DNA of 64,000 bases from Candidatus Poribacteria bacterium. GTDB taxonomy: Bacteria > Poribacteria > WGA-4E > UBA9662. The DNA lies in assembly GCA_046582655.1 (NCBI GenBank), contig JAYGDX010000063.1, positions 1-64,000 of the forward strand. The letters are read 5' to 3'. This document shows positions 8,903 through 19,356 of the stretch, in pieces (within the stretch, counting starts at the first letter, position 1; the number at the start of each line of letters is the position of its first letter). Below the pieces are notes generated by a model. The model ran no database searches, was not told the origin of the DNA, and was given only the letters and a program-made list of their open reading frames with translations. The position numbers and the translations under genes were made by a program.

Positions 8903-9871
8903 CTATGGATTGTATTCTCTTTGGACACCAGCATCAGACACGCGGTTAGATCTAGGCTCTAATACTTCAGCCACTCCATAAAATTGCTCGCTGTCACGCC
9001 CTGTTCCTCTATCAACTAAATCACTCTCGTTGTTGCCCCAAATAAAATTCCCTCGTAACCGACCACCACTGTAAACCGCCCATCCCCCGTTTCTCGTGAT
9101 GTTGTTAGCAAGAATCTCGGGTTCAGCAGAAGCATAACAAACAATCGCATGTTGATAATTATTTGTTAGCTCATTACGCTCAATTTTGGGTCGTGCCCCA
9201 TCATCACAGATAACGCCAAACTCATTTGCTTGAATCGTATTTTGCACTATTTCAGGTGAGACGCTACCAACACACTTGATTGCAGTTCCGTTTTTGTTAA
9301 TATCATTTTGTGCGATTAGCGGAGAAGCATAGCAAAGAATTGCACTTTTACTATTTGTGATTAGGCAGTACTCCAATTGGGTGGTGTTTGAGTCACAGGT
9401 GATTGCGGTGGTAGCATCCTGAATATGACAGTGTGCAACACGCGAATTCTGGCTGGTTGGCTTAATGTAAATACCAGCCCAATCTCCTGCATCGGGAGGG
9501 TCATCTTCTGTGCCAAGCGAACCGAATCTAATCATACGTTCCTGTTCGCCTTCAGCATAAAAGGAACCGAAAATAACAAGCTGATGGTTGCCAGTAACGG
9601 GATCGAAGCCAACGATCGCACCAGGACGTATCGTTAGTGACAAACCTTCGGGAACGGTGACATCACCTGTAACGCGAACGACTCCGGACCAAACCTCATT
9701 ATTTTCCAAAATCCCAGCTTTTTCAAGTGGATTCTCACGTGTTCCAACGTTACCAACATTCACCATTACCTCTTGGCAACCGATGAACAAGATCAACCAC
9801 GCACCTAAAAAAATTAGTCGAACGGCAATTCCACTTACAAAAATATACACATGCACGTTATTCAATCTCAA
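8903..9871 (-). CDS. Parallel beta-helix (NosD-like) lipoprotein
   Basis: Lipobox LFIGC; VTGDVTVPEGLSLTIRPG, GDWAGIYI, repeated 'SP.I.QN.I..N' coils; start uncertain. Confidence 0.8.
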   Translation of the reverse strand: MRLNNVHVYIFVSGIAVRLIFLGAWLILFIGCQEVMVNVGNVGTRENPLEKAGILENNEVWSGVVRVTGDVTVPEGLSLTIRPGAIVGFDPVTGNHQLVIFGSFYAEGEQERMIRFGSLGTEDDPPDAGDWAGIYIKPTSQNSRVAHCHIQDATTAITCDSNTTQLEYCLITNSKSAILCYASPLIAQNDINKNGTAIKCVGSVSPEIVQNTIQANEFGVICDDGARPKIERNELTNNYQHAIVCYASAEPEILANNITRNGGWAVYSGGRLRGNFIWGNNESDLVDRGTGRDSEQFYGVAEVLEPRSNRVSDAGVQREYNP

Positions 9872-10757
9872 TTTTTATTACACCGCGTGGTGTCCGGCCA
9901 TCAGCCGGATTGAGATACTTCTGTGTTTGGTCGAGACTTTGAAGAGGCTGCCCATCTGGATCTATCAGTTTGGGGCTCACACCACGTATTAATCGAACTT
10001 TGATTTCCGCAGCTCCAGGTTTAACCGCACGAAAAGTAGCTACCGCTAGAGTCTGGGATTTTGAACCAACCGTAATCGAATCCTGCCCCTTTGTCAGCGT
10101 CATAGCAATTGCCACTCGGCCAGGATCAGGATCCAAGTTTAAGTCATGAACTAGCGGCATGAGCGATTCCGAAAAAGGTGAATCCTCATCGGAGTTGAGC
10201 GATTTGGCCTCCACATTCAAGGCAAAAAGTCGACTTCGTGTATAATCCAACTCCACAACAACGCCAAAGAGATTCTCTACATTCTTAACTTTAATCTCAA
10301 CTGGAACCTCTTCACCTGGGCTAAACGCTGACTTGGGGGTATCGATTATTAGCAACGGAATACCAATTGGATCAAGCGTAATATCAGCAGAAATCGGTTG
10401 ATTCCCAACATAAGGAAACTCTTGGTGTCCTTCTAATACCAAATCCCCGTACTCATATCCCCGTACTTCAATAATTCGGTTTTCACCGATTGGAACACGA
10501 AGCGTAGAAAATTTTGTAGCTTTAGGTACCAGGACAAATTGGTCACGGATCGGCGGATCAAATGGAACCTGTTTCCCCTTGGCGTCAAGGTAAAGAAGCT
10601 CTACTACTACTTTGAGTTCAGGTGTTTGGAAGGAAGGTGCAAGGGCAATAGTGACATTAGTTAATTGATCTTCTTCTACTACGGTGAAATCACGAGATGT
10701 GTCACACCCTGCGGTAGAAATCATTACAAGGAGGCCAATAATCCAAAAATACTTCAT
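9858..10757 (-). CDS. Cohesin-domain lipoprotein
   Basis: MKYFWIIGLLVMISTAGC lipobox; C-terminal PGEEVPVEIKVKNVENLFGVVVELDY...PGRVAIAMT...TLAVATFRAVKPGAAEIKV cohesin-like pattern. Confidence 0.75.
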   Translation of the reverse strand: MKYFWIIGLLVMISTAGCDTSRDFTVVEEDQLTNVTIALAPSFQTPELKVVVELLYLDAKGKQVPFDPPIRDQFVLVPKATKFSTLRVPIGENRIIEVRGYEYGDLVLEGHQEFPYVGNQPISADITLDPIGIPLLIIDTPKSAFSPGEEVPVEIKVKNVENLFGVVVELDYTRSRLFALNVEAKSLNSDEDSPFSESLMPLVHDLNLDPDPGRVAIAMTLTKGQDSITVGSKSQTLAVATFRAVKPGAAEIKVRLIRGVSPKLIDPDGQPLQSLDQTQKYLNPADGRTPRGVIKIEIE

Positions 10758-10780
10758 ACTAAACTTTCCCAAACTATTGC

Positions 10781-13700
10781 TTACTTTAAGATGACAAGCC
10801 GGTTCTGGCCAGAAAAATTGCCTGCTTTAATCCGGTAGAAATAGATTCCACTTGCTATCAACTCACCCCAATCACTTCGACCATCCCAATGGGCGGCGTT
10901 ACCACGATTAAGATAATACCCAGCCTTTTTATGCCCAAGATCAAGAATTCTCACTTTTCGGCCTTTTAAATCATAGATCGTAATTGACACCTCTTGCGGG
11001 TCTGCAAGTTGGAATGGAATCCAAGTCTCTGGATTGAAAGGATTCGGATAATTATTGAGTAATTTTGTAACCGCGGGTAAACTACGCATATATAATTGAT
11101 CAATTATCTTTTTCAGCGCCATAGCGAGTTCACTGCCAACACCGATTTCACGACTTCTGTTTTCAAGGCCGAAATACATTTTTTTATAAATCTCAATCAT
11201 CTCCGGATTAGAAAATTGAGACTGAACTGGTGAATTAGGCATAGGCAACACTATTCTATCATTTACTGTTTTCTTCCAATTATCATTAATGGCAAAAACA
11301 TCATCAAGATTAATAACACCATCCCCATTTGCGTCGGCATAGGTTGCCTGTTTGTTAGCCCACGATATGGCAGGCTGCAACCGCCAGTTGCTACTGCCTT
11401 TTCGACGAAGTTCACCAGTAAGTCCCCAAAATTGACCAACTGGTAGAATATCAAAAACATCCACATTACCATCACGGTTGGTATCACCAGGCCAAACAAT
11501 TAAACCTGTCGTAAACTCAAGGGCAATGGCTTCTAAAAATTTCCCATTGACATCTTCAATTCCACTACTGACACGAATGGTAATTGTTTCCTTTTCACGC
11601 AGGGTACTTCCTGGATCAAAGGTAATCATGTTCATCCCTTCAATAGTATACTGCTTTTCATTCTGAGAATAGGTGATGACAGAACCACTTTCCAACTTCC
11701 CCTCAACTCTGAAATTAAAGGGTGTTAGTGTCTCCATGTTGAGTTGGGAAAACGTAGGAACTCGAACTCGAATTCGGTCAGTTACATCAACCTCAGTTGT
11801 TCGATTCGGCTCAAGTAAATCAATTAATTCTCCTACTCGCTCTTCTTGAACTAGGATCCCAATATCCCAGACCAAAACTGTACCGTCAAGCGATGAGGAA
11901 ACCAACAGATTTGTGCCATCAACAAGACGTGAGAAACCCAGCCCTGTAACTTGTTTCGTGTGGCCACTGAACTGTTTTACACCTTCTTCGGGATTACCAT
12001 GGCTCCACATCCAAATTGAGTTGTCGATTCCAACAGCTACAAAACGGCCATCAAGGGAGATGCTCAAGGCAGCAACTTCACCATAAGCAACGCTTTTGTC
12101 AACGGAAAGCTGGTGTGTTTGGAGAATTGAACGATCCTTTAAAATATCATAAAACTGAACAGATCCATTCTTCAGACCGATAACGAAACGATTATCATTC
12201 TTAACCGGACTGAAAGTCACTTTAGCGCCTGCAGCACCGATATTAAGAACCGAATCTTCCAATTCACCCGCAAATTTCTGGATACCTTGATCTGGAGAAA
12301 CCTGATAGAGTGCTACCGTACTATTTTCAGCAAGCAATGCCATTATTGTCCCATCAAAATTGAAATTAATGTCAATCAGAGATATATTTTTAAAATCAAG
12401 ATCGTTCTCAAACTGAGGTGCTCCTTTTTGGCGAACACGAACACTGCCGTCCTCTGCTACGGAACCGATCCACTGTCCTGATGGATCGTAGGCAACAACA
12501 TTGGATATCGTCGTCTCAGGATGAATCAACCCCGACTGCGCTGCGCTATCGCTCGGTGGATCAGATGTGATATCTAACACCAATATTTCGTTGCTCTGTA
12601 ATGCAATAGCGACTTCGTCGGCAGACGGACTGAGTTTAATATCATTTACTTTGGAGGGGAAAGGCAACTTTCTCTTTTCCTCCATCGTTTCCAAATCCCA
12701 TATTACTGCTTTTTTCGATTTGTAATTGACCAGTAATTGGCGATCCGTGGCTGTAGATGAGGAATGGATTGAGAAAACCTGCGGATAAAAATCTGTAAAC
12801 TCGGTATTAATTGGAACCGCGATACCAGCCAATCCAAGTTTGAAGAGTAAAAAGGATTGGTTAAACGGATTATTATCCGCACCAATTGCCAAAACCTTCT
12901 TCTTGGGATGAAATGCCAGTGTAATGTAATCGGCATTAAAACCCCGATTAAGCAAGGGGCTGCCTTTCTGAGTTGCGTCAGATTGGAATACTTCCCATAC
13001 CCGCAGTTTTTGATCAGTTGCAATCGCGAGAAGGTTTCGTTGTGTAGGGTGAAAAATAACGTCAAAAATCTCTTCGTTAGGAATTTGAGTTAGAAACTCA
13101 GGTCTAGGGTCTGCAACAGTCTGGCGATAGATTTCACTTGAATCGGTTTGGGTATTATATGCACCAATTAATAAATGACTCCCATCACTATTGAAAGCTA
13201 TGTTATTGATGACAAGATCAACTGGCAGAATCCCCTTCTGAATATTACGAAATATTGATTCTGTTGAACTCTTTCGCCAAATAAAAACCTCTGTTTCAGA
13301 GGCAACCGCAATACGTTGATCCATACCCGCGGGTCCAGGATCGAATGTCACATCAACAACTTCACCTTCAAGTATAAAAATTTGTGATAAGCTAGTTTCA
13401 TCCTCACCAACAGTATAAACAAAAACTTCGCTTTCGTCCTTCTTCCCTTCCTGGACAACCACCCCAATAGCCATCCACTCCTCATCGGTGCTAACAGCAA
13501 CTGTTCGAATCGGTATTCTTTGAACCTGCAACGGCGGATTAATTGAATAACGTGGATTACTCAAATCAAAGATCTTTAAACCATTCCCGGTGGCAATCAC
13601 AACCCGCTCGTGTGACATGAAACCCAAGTCTACAGCGAAATCTTCCAACCGAATAAATCCCGCTTGCTTCAAACTTTCGGCATCAATGATACGCACACCG

Positions 13701-13888
13701 ATTGACGTGGTAAGGGTAATTAGTTTTGCATCCGGAGAATAGTTTACTCGCTGGATTCGTCCGTATCCTATCCGACCAACTGCTTTGTCAGGAAGAAACC
13801 CATTACTATCTGCACCAACTAGTGATGGCAACAACAAAACGACGAAAAAAGGCCCTGTCGAAAAGAACCCTCTCCAGAATTTAACCAT
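10781..13888 (-). CDS. Secreted WD40 beta-propeller protein with Ig-like, dockerin-like and FlgD-Ig/T9SS-type C-terminal domains
   Basis: Signal peptide; WD repeats (FSGHTKQVTGLGFS...SSSLDGTVLVWD); PGDTNRDGNVDVFDI and ADANGDGVINLDDV paired Ca-loops; NYPNPFNPETWIPFQL...SGIYFYRIKAG...LVILK. Confidence 0.88.
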   Translation of the reverse strand: MVKFWRGFFSTGPFFVVLLLPSLVGADSNGFLPDKAVGRIGYGRIQRVNYSPDAKLITLTTSIGVRIIDAESLKQAGFIRLEDFAVDLGFMSHERVVIATGNGLKIFDLSNPRYSINPPLQVQRIPIRTVAVSTDEEWMAIGVVVQEGKKDESEVFVYTVGEDETSLSQIFILEGEVVDVTFDPGPAGMDQRIAVASETEVFIWRKSSTESIFRNIQKGILPVDLVINNIAFNSDGSHLLIGAYNTQTDSSEIYRQTVADPRPEFLTQIPNEEIFDVIFHPTQRNLLAIATDQKLRVWEVFQSDATQKGSPLLNRGFNADYITLAFHPKKKVLAIGADNNPFNQSFLLFKLGLAGIAVPINTEFTDFYPQVFSIHSSSTATDRQLLVNYKSKKAVIWDLETMEEKRKLPFPSKVNDIKLSPSADEVAIALQSNEILVLDITSDPPSDSAAQSGLIHPETTISNVVAYDPSGQWIGSVAEDGSVRVRQKGAPQFENDLDFKNISLIDINFNFDGTIMALLAENSTVALYQVSPDQGIQKFAGELEDSVLNIGAAGAKVTFSPVKNDNRFVIGLKNGSVQFYDILKDRSILQTHQLSVDKSVAYGEVAALSISLDGRFVAVGIDNSIWMWSHGNPEEGVKQFSGHTKQVTGLGFSRLVDGTNLLVSSSLDGTVLVWDIGILVQEERVGELIDLLEPNRTTEVDVTDRIRVRVPTFSQLNMETLTPFNFRVEGKLESGSVITYSQNEKQYTIEGMNMITFDPGSTLREKETITIRVSSGIEDVNGKFLEAIALEFTTGLIVWPGDTNRDGNVDVFDILPVGQFWGLTGELRRKGSSNWRLQPAISWANKQATYADANGDGVINLDDVFAINDNWKKTVNDRIVLPMPNSPVQSQFSNPEMIEIYKKMYFGLENRSREIGVGSELAMALKKIIDQLYMRSLPAVTKLLNNYPNPFNPETWIPFQLADPQEVSITIYDLKGRKVRILDLGHKKAGYYLNRGNAAHWDGRSDWGELIASGIYFYRIKAGNFSGQNRLVILK

Positions 13889-14020
13889 CCAAACTCCCTA
13901 TTGATTCAGGCCTATAACGCACTACGAGGCAGACTACTTTACGTAATACCTTACTAAGATAGCCTTTTACCGCTTAATTAAAGGCAACACAACAGTAATG
14001 GTTGAATTCCCCCAACATAT

Positions 14021-14049
14021 AATCTAGCACACGCTGAAACCACTGTCAA
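14021..14049 (-). promoter_or_regulatory. Sigma70-type promoter for the WD40/cohesin operon
   Basis: TTGACA-17 nt-TAGATT on the minus strand. Confidence 0.6.
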
Positions 14050-14077
14050 CAGGGAAATCGATGGGATTAAGATTTCT

Positions 14078-14107
14078 TTGACTTTGTTACTCTTTATTCG
14101 TTACAAT
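14078..14107 (+). promoter_or_regulatory. Sigma70-type promoter for the histidine kinase/response regulator pair
   Basis: TTGACT-18 nt-TACAAT. Confidence 0.55.
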
Positions 14108-14132
14108 AGCGGGATTAGGTAGGGTGTTTTAG

Positions 14133-15629
14133 GTGGATGCTATGATGCTTTTCGGAAAAGGGAAGCTCGCCGCGAAATCTGCTGCATCGGGTTTTTTGCT
14201 TGCCTACACCATTGTCGGTATCTTCAGCCTATCTTGTGCATTCGTTTACTATACAAGACAGATCATAGAACTGAATAGGAATCTTGAGAAGCAAGTTACC
14301 CCGCTTGCTAACTTAGTTGCCGAAATCCCAAGTTTAAAAGAAGTAGGCTTACAAAATCGGCTTAATGAGTTCGTTGTCCAATCTCTCCCCCTGAGTCGTT
14401 TATCATTCATTATCACAGATAATACAGGCGAGCGGATTATAACTGCGCGCGGTATTAATCCGGCTATTGAGAAAAAATTGAATGCGGAACCTCAGATACC
14501 ATTTTCTGCTGCAGAACAGAAGAGAGTTGACGACATTCTTAGTCGAATGAAAAGTGAAGGCAAAGTCAATACAATTCGGTATATGGTTGAAAACCGAAAA
14601 ACTTACGGTTATATCTACCATGGTGAAACAGATGTAAATGCCATAGACCAACTGCCTTTTGTGTTTACTGATTTGGGGAAAACACCCCAGAAATGGCAGA
14701 TTTGGGGAGACTTGATTCAGCATAAAGACTCACAGCCCAATCAAGTCCAGCAGGCTCAACAATTAATTCGTAACTCCATATCACAAGATCTTTTCGTGCC
14801 AATTCAGACAACGCCACTGTGGGAAACAGGTTACTTCTACTACCAAAAAGTACCGTACTATGGCCTCATCATAATGCCGATTGTTTTAATTGCTGTTTTT
14901 TCTGTTTTTCTCGCGTCTGGCTTTGCCGCATTCCGTCAGATTAAATCTTTTGAGCAAACAGCTATTTGGTGTGGGTTAGCAAAAGAAACAGCTCATCAAC
15001 TTGGAACACCAATTTCTTCACTCATCGGCTGGATTGAGTTGCTTGGAGAGCAAAACATCGACAAAGACAATTCCATAGCTGGCGAAATTTATGATGCTAT
15101 GCGGAAAGACACTGATCGTCTTCAGAGTATTACGAAGAGGTTTAGTCACATTGGATCCGACCCAAGCAGAAGCAAAACAGATGTCAACCAAATTATCGAT
15201 GACGTAGTTGAATATTTTCAAAGGCGTCTACCACGTCACTCAAATCAGGTTAAGATTACAGTTAACCATGGCAATCTCCCCGAAATAATTGCCAACCGGG
15301 AACTCTTGCAATGGGTGCTGGAAAATTTGGTTCGAAATTCACTTGACGCGATGGATAAGCCTTCAGGCATTATTGGAGTGAAGTCAGAGTATGAAGGACA
15401 GAGAAACCAGATTGTAATTAAATACCATGATAACGGTAAAGGAATCCAACGAGGGAATCAAAAGAAGATCTTTCAACCAGGTATGACGACCAAAAAGCAC
15501 GGTTGGGGAATGGGTTTAGCCCTTGTGAAGCGGATCATCGAAGAATACCATAAAGGGCAAATCAAATTGATAAAAAGTGATTCACAAGGCACACAATTTA
15601 ATATCTCACTACCAGTCGGAGCTAAATGA
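14133..15629 (+). CDS. Membrane sensor histidine kinase, PorY-like
   Basis: Two TM segments; H-box WCGLAKETAHQLGTPISSL, N-box WVLENLVRNSLDA, G-boxes DNGKGI and TTKKHGWGMGL. Confidence 0.88.
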   Translation: MDAMMLFGKGKLAAKSAASGFLLAYTIVGIFSLSCAFVYYTRQIIELNRNLEKQVTPLANLVAEIPSLKEVGLQNRLNEFVVQSLPLSRLSFIITDNTGERIITARGINPAIEKKLNAEPQIPFSAAEQKRVDDILSRMKSEGKVNTIRYMVENRKTYGYIYHGETDVNAIDQLPFVFTDLGKTPQKWQIWGDLIQHKDSQPNQVQQAQQLIRNSISQDLFVPIQTTPLWETGYFYYQKVPYYGLIIMPIVLIAVFSVFLASGFAAFRQIKSFEQTAIWCGLAKETAHQLGTPISSLIGWIELLGEQNIDKDNSIAGEIYDAMRKDTDRLQSITKRFSHIGSDPSRSKTDVNQIIDDVVEYFQRRLPRHSNQVKITVNHGNLPEIIANRELLQWVLENLVRNSLDAMDKPSGIIGVKSEYEGQRNQIVIKYHDNGKGIQRGNQKKIFQPGMTTKKHGWGMGLALVKRIIEEYHKGQIKLIKSDSQGTQFNISLPVGAK

Positions 15630-15664
15630 TAATGGTACTCAAGAAGGGACTAAGTTGATTAACA

Positions 15665-17221
15665 ATGCTGGAAGCAACACATAACATTCTATGGATCGAT
15701 GATGAAATAGACATTTTAGAACCACATATATGTTCCCTACGCGAAAAGCATTACTCAGTTACCCCGGTTTCAAATGGTGCCGATGCGGTCGCAATTATTA
15801 AAGAATCACACTATGACGTGATAATCCTAGACCAAATGATGCCGGGACAGGACGGTATTACAACACTTGATCAAATCAGAGAAGTCAATTCGACAATCCC
15901 AGTTATTATGGTTACACAAATCAGCGATGAACTGTTCGTTGAGGAAGCATTGGGAAAGCAAATCGACAGTTTCTTAGTCAAACCGATCGGGGTTGCCCAA
16001 ATTGTGTCAACTTTGAAGAGGGTCCTTGATCAAGACAGAATTATTGAAGGACAAATCCCACGAAACTACACAGAAAGCTTTAATGAAATCAGGAAATTAA
16101 TCCAAGGTCATTCAGATTGGAGAATTTGGGTAGACATATATTTAAAGTTACTTTCTTGGGATTTAGCATTTGACGGACTAGAAGAAACAGGTTTTAAAGA
16201 AACACACAAGGAACAGAAAAAAGAGTGTGAAACTTTCTTTTCTAGATATATTGAGGGAAATTATGCTGGTTGGATGCGTGGCAAGAATCGACCAATCTTA
16301 TCAGTAGACATCTTGAACAAATATGTTATTCCTCATTTACGCGAAAAAAAACAAGTTTACTACATCGTTGTTGATTGTATGCGCCTAGACCACTGGCTGA
16401 TAATTGAGCCAATGCTGAGGCAATTCTTCTACATGAATCAAGATTATTACTTTTCAATTCTACCGAGCGCAACACTCTATTCTCGTAACGCTCTTTTTAG
16501 CGGTTTATTTCCAATTGAAATCGCTCAGAAATATCCAGAATATTGGCAAGAAGGGGATGTAAATGAGACAAGTACAAATCGGTATGAAAAACAACTGCTT
16601 CAATCAAAACTGCGACAAGAAGGAATTCAATTAAAACCGCAATTAAGATATTTTAAGATTTTTGATGCAAAAGGTGGCAATGAGTTCATCCGCCAAGTCA
16701 CTGCTTTTGACCAGGTTAGTCTTTCGACACTGGTCGTTAATTTTGTTGATATTTTAACACATCAACGCTCACAATCAGATATTTTACAACAAATTTCACC
16801 AGATGAATCGGCTTTTCGCTCTCTGGTGAAATCGTGGTTTACACATTCTATATTGTTTAAAATCCTCAAAATCATCGCTAACCGAAATGCCATAGTAGTC
16901 TTAACTTCTGATCACGGTTCAACGTTGTGTAACCGTCCTTCTCGAGCCTTTGGAAATCGCGAAACCTCGACAAGTCTTCGGTTCAAATTCGGCACGAAAT
17001 TAAGAGCTGATCAAGCAGTTCACATTGATCGTCCAAATGAATACAAATTACCTGCAGAAAACACCGCCAAAAACTATATTCTTGCTAAGGAAGACCACTA
17101 CTTTGTGTACCCGAATCAGTTTAATGAATACACGCGGCAATTTCGAGGAGGATTTCAACATGGAGGAATATCAATGGGTGAGATGATTCTACCTGTTGTT
17201 ACAATGACACCACGCAAGTAA
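15665..17221 (+). CDS. porX: PorX-like response regulator (receiver + PglZ alkaline-phosphatase domain)
   Basis: ILWIDDEID...LDQMMPG receiver; PglZ motifs VVDCMRLDHW, SILPSATLYSRNALFSG, TSDHG, FQHGGISMGEM; 518 aa. Confidence 0.88.
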   Translation: MLEATHNILWIDDEIDILEPHICSLREKHYSVTPVSNGADAVAIIKESHYDVIILDQMMPGQDGITTLDQIREVNSTIPVIMVTQISDELFVEEALGKQIDSFLVKPIGVAQIVSTLKRVLDQDRIIEGQIPRNYTESFNEIRKLIQGHSDWRIWVDIYLKLLSWDLAFDGLEETGFKETHKEQKKECETFFSRYIEGNYAGWMRGKNRPILSVDILNKYVIPHLREKKQVYYIVVDCMRLDHWLIIEPMLRQFFYMNQDYYFSILPSATLYSRNALFSGLFPIEIAQKYPEYWQEGDVNETSTNRYEKQLLQSKLRQEGIQLKPQLRYFKIFDAKGGNEFIRQVTAFDQVSLSTLVVNFVDILTHQRSQSDILQQISPDESAFRSLVKSWFTHSILFKILKIIANRNAIVVLTSDHGSTLCNRPSRAFGNRETSTSLRFKFGTKLRADQAVHIDRPNEYKLPAENTAKNYILAKEDHYFVYPNQFNEYTRQFRGGFQHGGISMGEMILPVVTMTPRK

Positions 17222-17384
17222 AATGAATCCAGATGGGCAAATTTTAAGGGGACACATCCACTGTGAAAAAAGGCAAGTCCCAAATACGATTTCCATAGTG
17301 ATTGAATAGTGTTTTTCCCCGTCGAAAGTGACTTAGTGATCTGAATTCTTTGCCTCTACAAACATCAACAGTTGGAGGCAACTA

Positions 17385-18932
17385 ATGAAAAAAGAAATTC
17401 TTATCTCTGAAGATAAGTACGAAGCAAGATGTGCCATTCTTGAAAATGGAGTGCTCAGCGAAATTTATATTGAGCGTCAGAATGAAGAGCATATTTTAGC
17501 CAACATATATAAAGGGCGTGTTGACAACATCCTCCCCGGCATGCAAATCGCTTTCGTCGAGATTGGTCTTGAGAAACATGGGTTTCTACACGCATCAGAT
17601 ATTGAGTACAGTTTTGAGGATATCGAAGATAGTGATGGTTCGGCTAAGGTATATACCGATTTAGGCGACTCTCCAACACAAAGACGACATGGGAAAACTG
17701 AGCCAGTTATCACAGATGTAATTGAAACCGGCCAAGAAATCCTCGTACAAGTTGCCAAAGCAGCCATTGGTACAAAAGGCGCACGTATCACAAGCACCAT
17801 TTCCCTTCCCGGAAAGTACATCGTCTATCTTCCAACTTCATCAAGTGTTGGTATCTCAAAACGAATTGAATCTGCAGAAGAGAGACAACGTTTAAAGAAT
17901 TTAGTGCAGTCTTTTAGACCCGATACCGCAGGTGGATTCATTATCCGAACAGCGGCTGAGAACAAAAGCGAGGAGAATCTTTCAGCAGAAATCAACTATC
18001 TTCTTAACACGTGGAAAAGTATTAACCAAAAGGCCCGCCGTGTTAAGGCACCAAGTTTAGTACACAGAGACCTTGGGTTCACTGAACGGATTATACGCGA
18101 TTACTTTAATAGTAATATTAACGAACTGATTATTGATTCAAAGCCACAATATGATACAGCTATTAATTATTTCACCCTGTTACTGCCCGAATTCAAGTCT
18201 CGTGTAAAGTTTTACGACAATAAATCCATCCCAATGATGGAGAAATTCGGCATTGAGACAGGACTAAAAAAAGCACTAGGACAAAAAGTTTGGTTGCGTA
18301 GTGGAGGATATATCGTAATTGAACAAACCGAGGCGATGGTTTCCATTGATGTAAACACAGGTAAATTTACCGGGGAAAATGATGCAGATAGTACTATCCT
18401 AAAAGCAAATCTCGAAGCTGTTGAAGAGATCGTACGTCAGATGCGCGTAAGAGACCTTGGTGGCATTGTTGTTATCGATTTTATTGATATGGATCGCCGT
18501 GAGGATCGCAGAAACGTTTATCAAGCATTACAACAAGAAATCAAAAAGGATCGCGCTAAGACAAATATACTCAGGATTTCTGAACTCGGATTGGTTGAAA
18601 TGACCCGCCAACGCACACGTCCAAGTATAAAAAATATTCTTACTCAGATATGTCCATACTGTGACGGGCATGGTTTTGTCCTCTCAGTTGATACTGTAGT
18701 GATTAATATTCTGCGGTCAATTAAAAAAGCTGTCCGAAAATCTCAAAGGAAAAGGTTTAAGGTTATTGCTAATGAATTAGTTGTATCACGTCTTCTTGAT
18801 CGGCGATCAAAGTTGATACAGCAGCTAAATCAAGAAATGGGCCTGCGTCTTCAAATCGAAGGTAACATTGATCTTCATCTAGAAGATTATCAGGTTCTTG
18901 ATGAACATAATCGGCAAATCCGCCTAGATTAA
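17385..18932 (+). CDS. rng: Ribonuclease G/E family (Rne/Rng)
   Basis: NIYKGRVDNILPGMQIAFVEIG, IDVNTGKF, RDLGGIVVIDFIDM, CPYCDGHG. Confidence 0.95.
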   Translation: MKKEILISEDKYEARCAILENGVLSEIYIERQNEEHILANIYKGRVDNILPGMQIAFVEIGLEKHGFLHASDIEYSFEDIEDSDGSAKVYTDLGDSPTQRRHGKTEPVITDVIETGQEILVQVAKAAIGTKGARITSTISLPGKYIVYLPTSSSVGISKRIESAEERQRLKNLVQSFRPDTAGGFIIRTAAENKSEENLSAEINYLLNTWKSINQKARRVKAPSLVHRDLGFTERIIRDYFNSNINELIIDSKPQYDTAINYFTLLLPEFKSRVKFYDNKSIPMMEKFGIETGLKKALGQKVWLRSGGYIVIEQTEAMVSIDVNTGKFTGENDADSTILKANLEAVEEIVRQMRVRDLGGIVVIDFIDMDRREDRRNVYQALQQEIKKDRAKTNILRISELGLVEMTRQRTRPSIKNILTQICPYCDGHGFVLSVDTVVINILRSIKKAVRKSQRKRFKVIANELVVSRLLDRRSKLIQQLNQEMGLRLQIEGNIDLHLEDYQVLDEHNRQIRLD

Positions 18933-18934
18933 GT

Positions 18935-18964
18935 TTGACATACTGAGGAATTGTTTGATATACT
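18935..18964 (+). promoter_or_regulatory. Sigma70-type promoter for rplU-rpmA
   Basis: TTGACA-18 nt-TATACT with extended -10 TG. Confidence 0.65.
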
Positions 18965-19007
18965 TTCCAGTTGGGTTTTGTTCTGGATAAATCATGGAGA
19001 AAATTAA

Positions 19008-19322
19008 ATGTATGCAGTGTTCGCCTCAGGTGGCAAACAACATCGAGTTGAAGTTGGCACACTGATCGATATAGAGAAGTTGGATGCGTCTGTCGGTGAA
19101 ACTGTTAATTTTTCTGATGTCCTGGCTGTCTCTGATAGTAACGGAGATATCCAAGTCGGATCGCCATATCTTGAGAATGTAACTATTACTAGCGAAGTAG
19201 TTCAACAAACGAAAGGCAAGAAAATTCTCGTTTTTAAATCAAAGAGACGTAAAGGCTACAGTCGGAGACGGGGACACCGACAGAACCTTACTCGAATAAG
19301 GATAACTGGTATTGAAAACTAG
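19008..19322 (+). CDS. rplU: 50S ribosomal protein L21
   Basis: MYAVFASGGKQHRV...KRRKGYSRRRGHRQNLT. Confidence 0.98.
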   Translation: MYAVFASGGKQHRVEVGTLIDIEKLDASVGETVNFSDVLAVSDSNGDIQVGSPYLENVTITSEVVQQTKGKKILVFKSKRRKGYSRRRGHRQNLTRIRITGIEN

Positions 19323-19356
19323 ACCATTATATTAGAAAATTTCCAAGGAGATGTAA

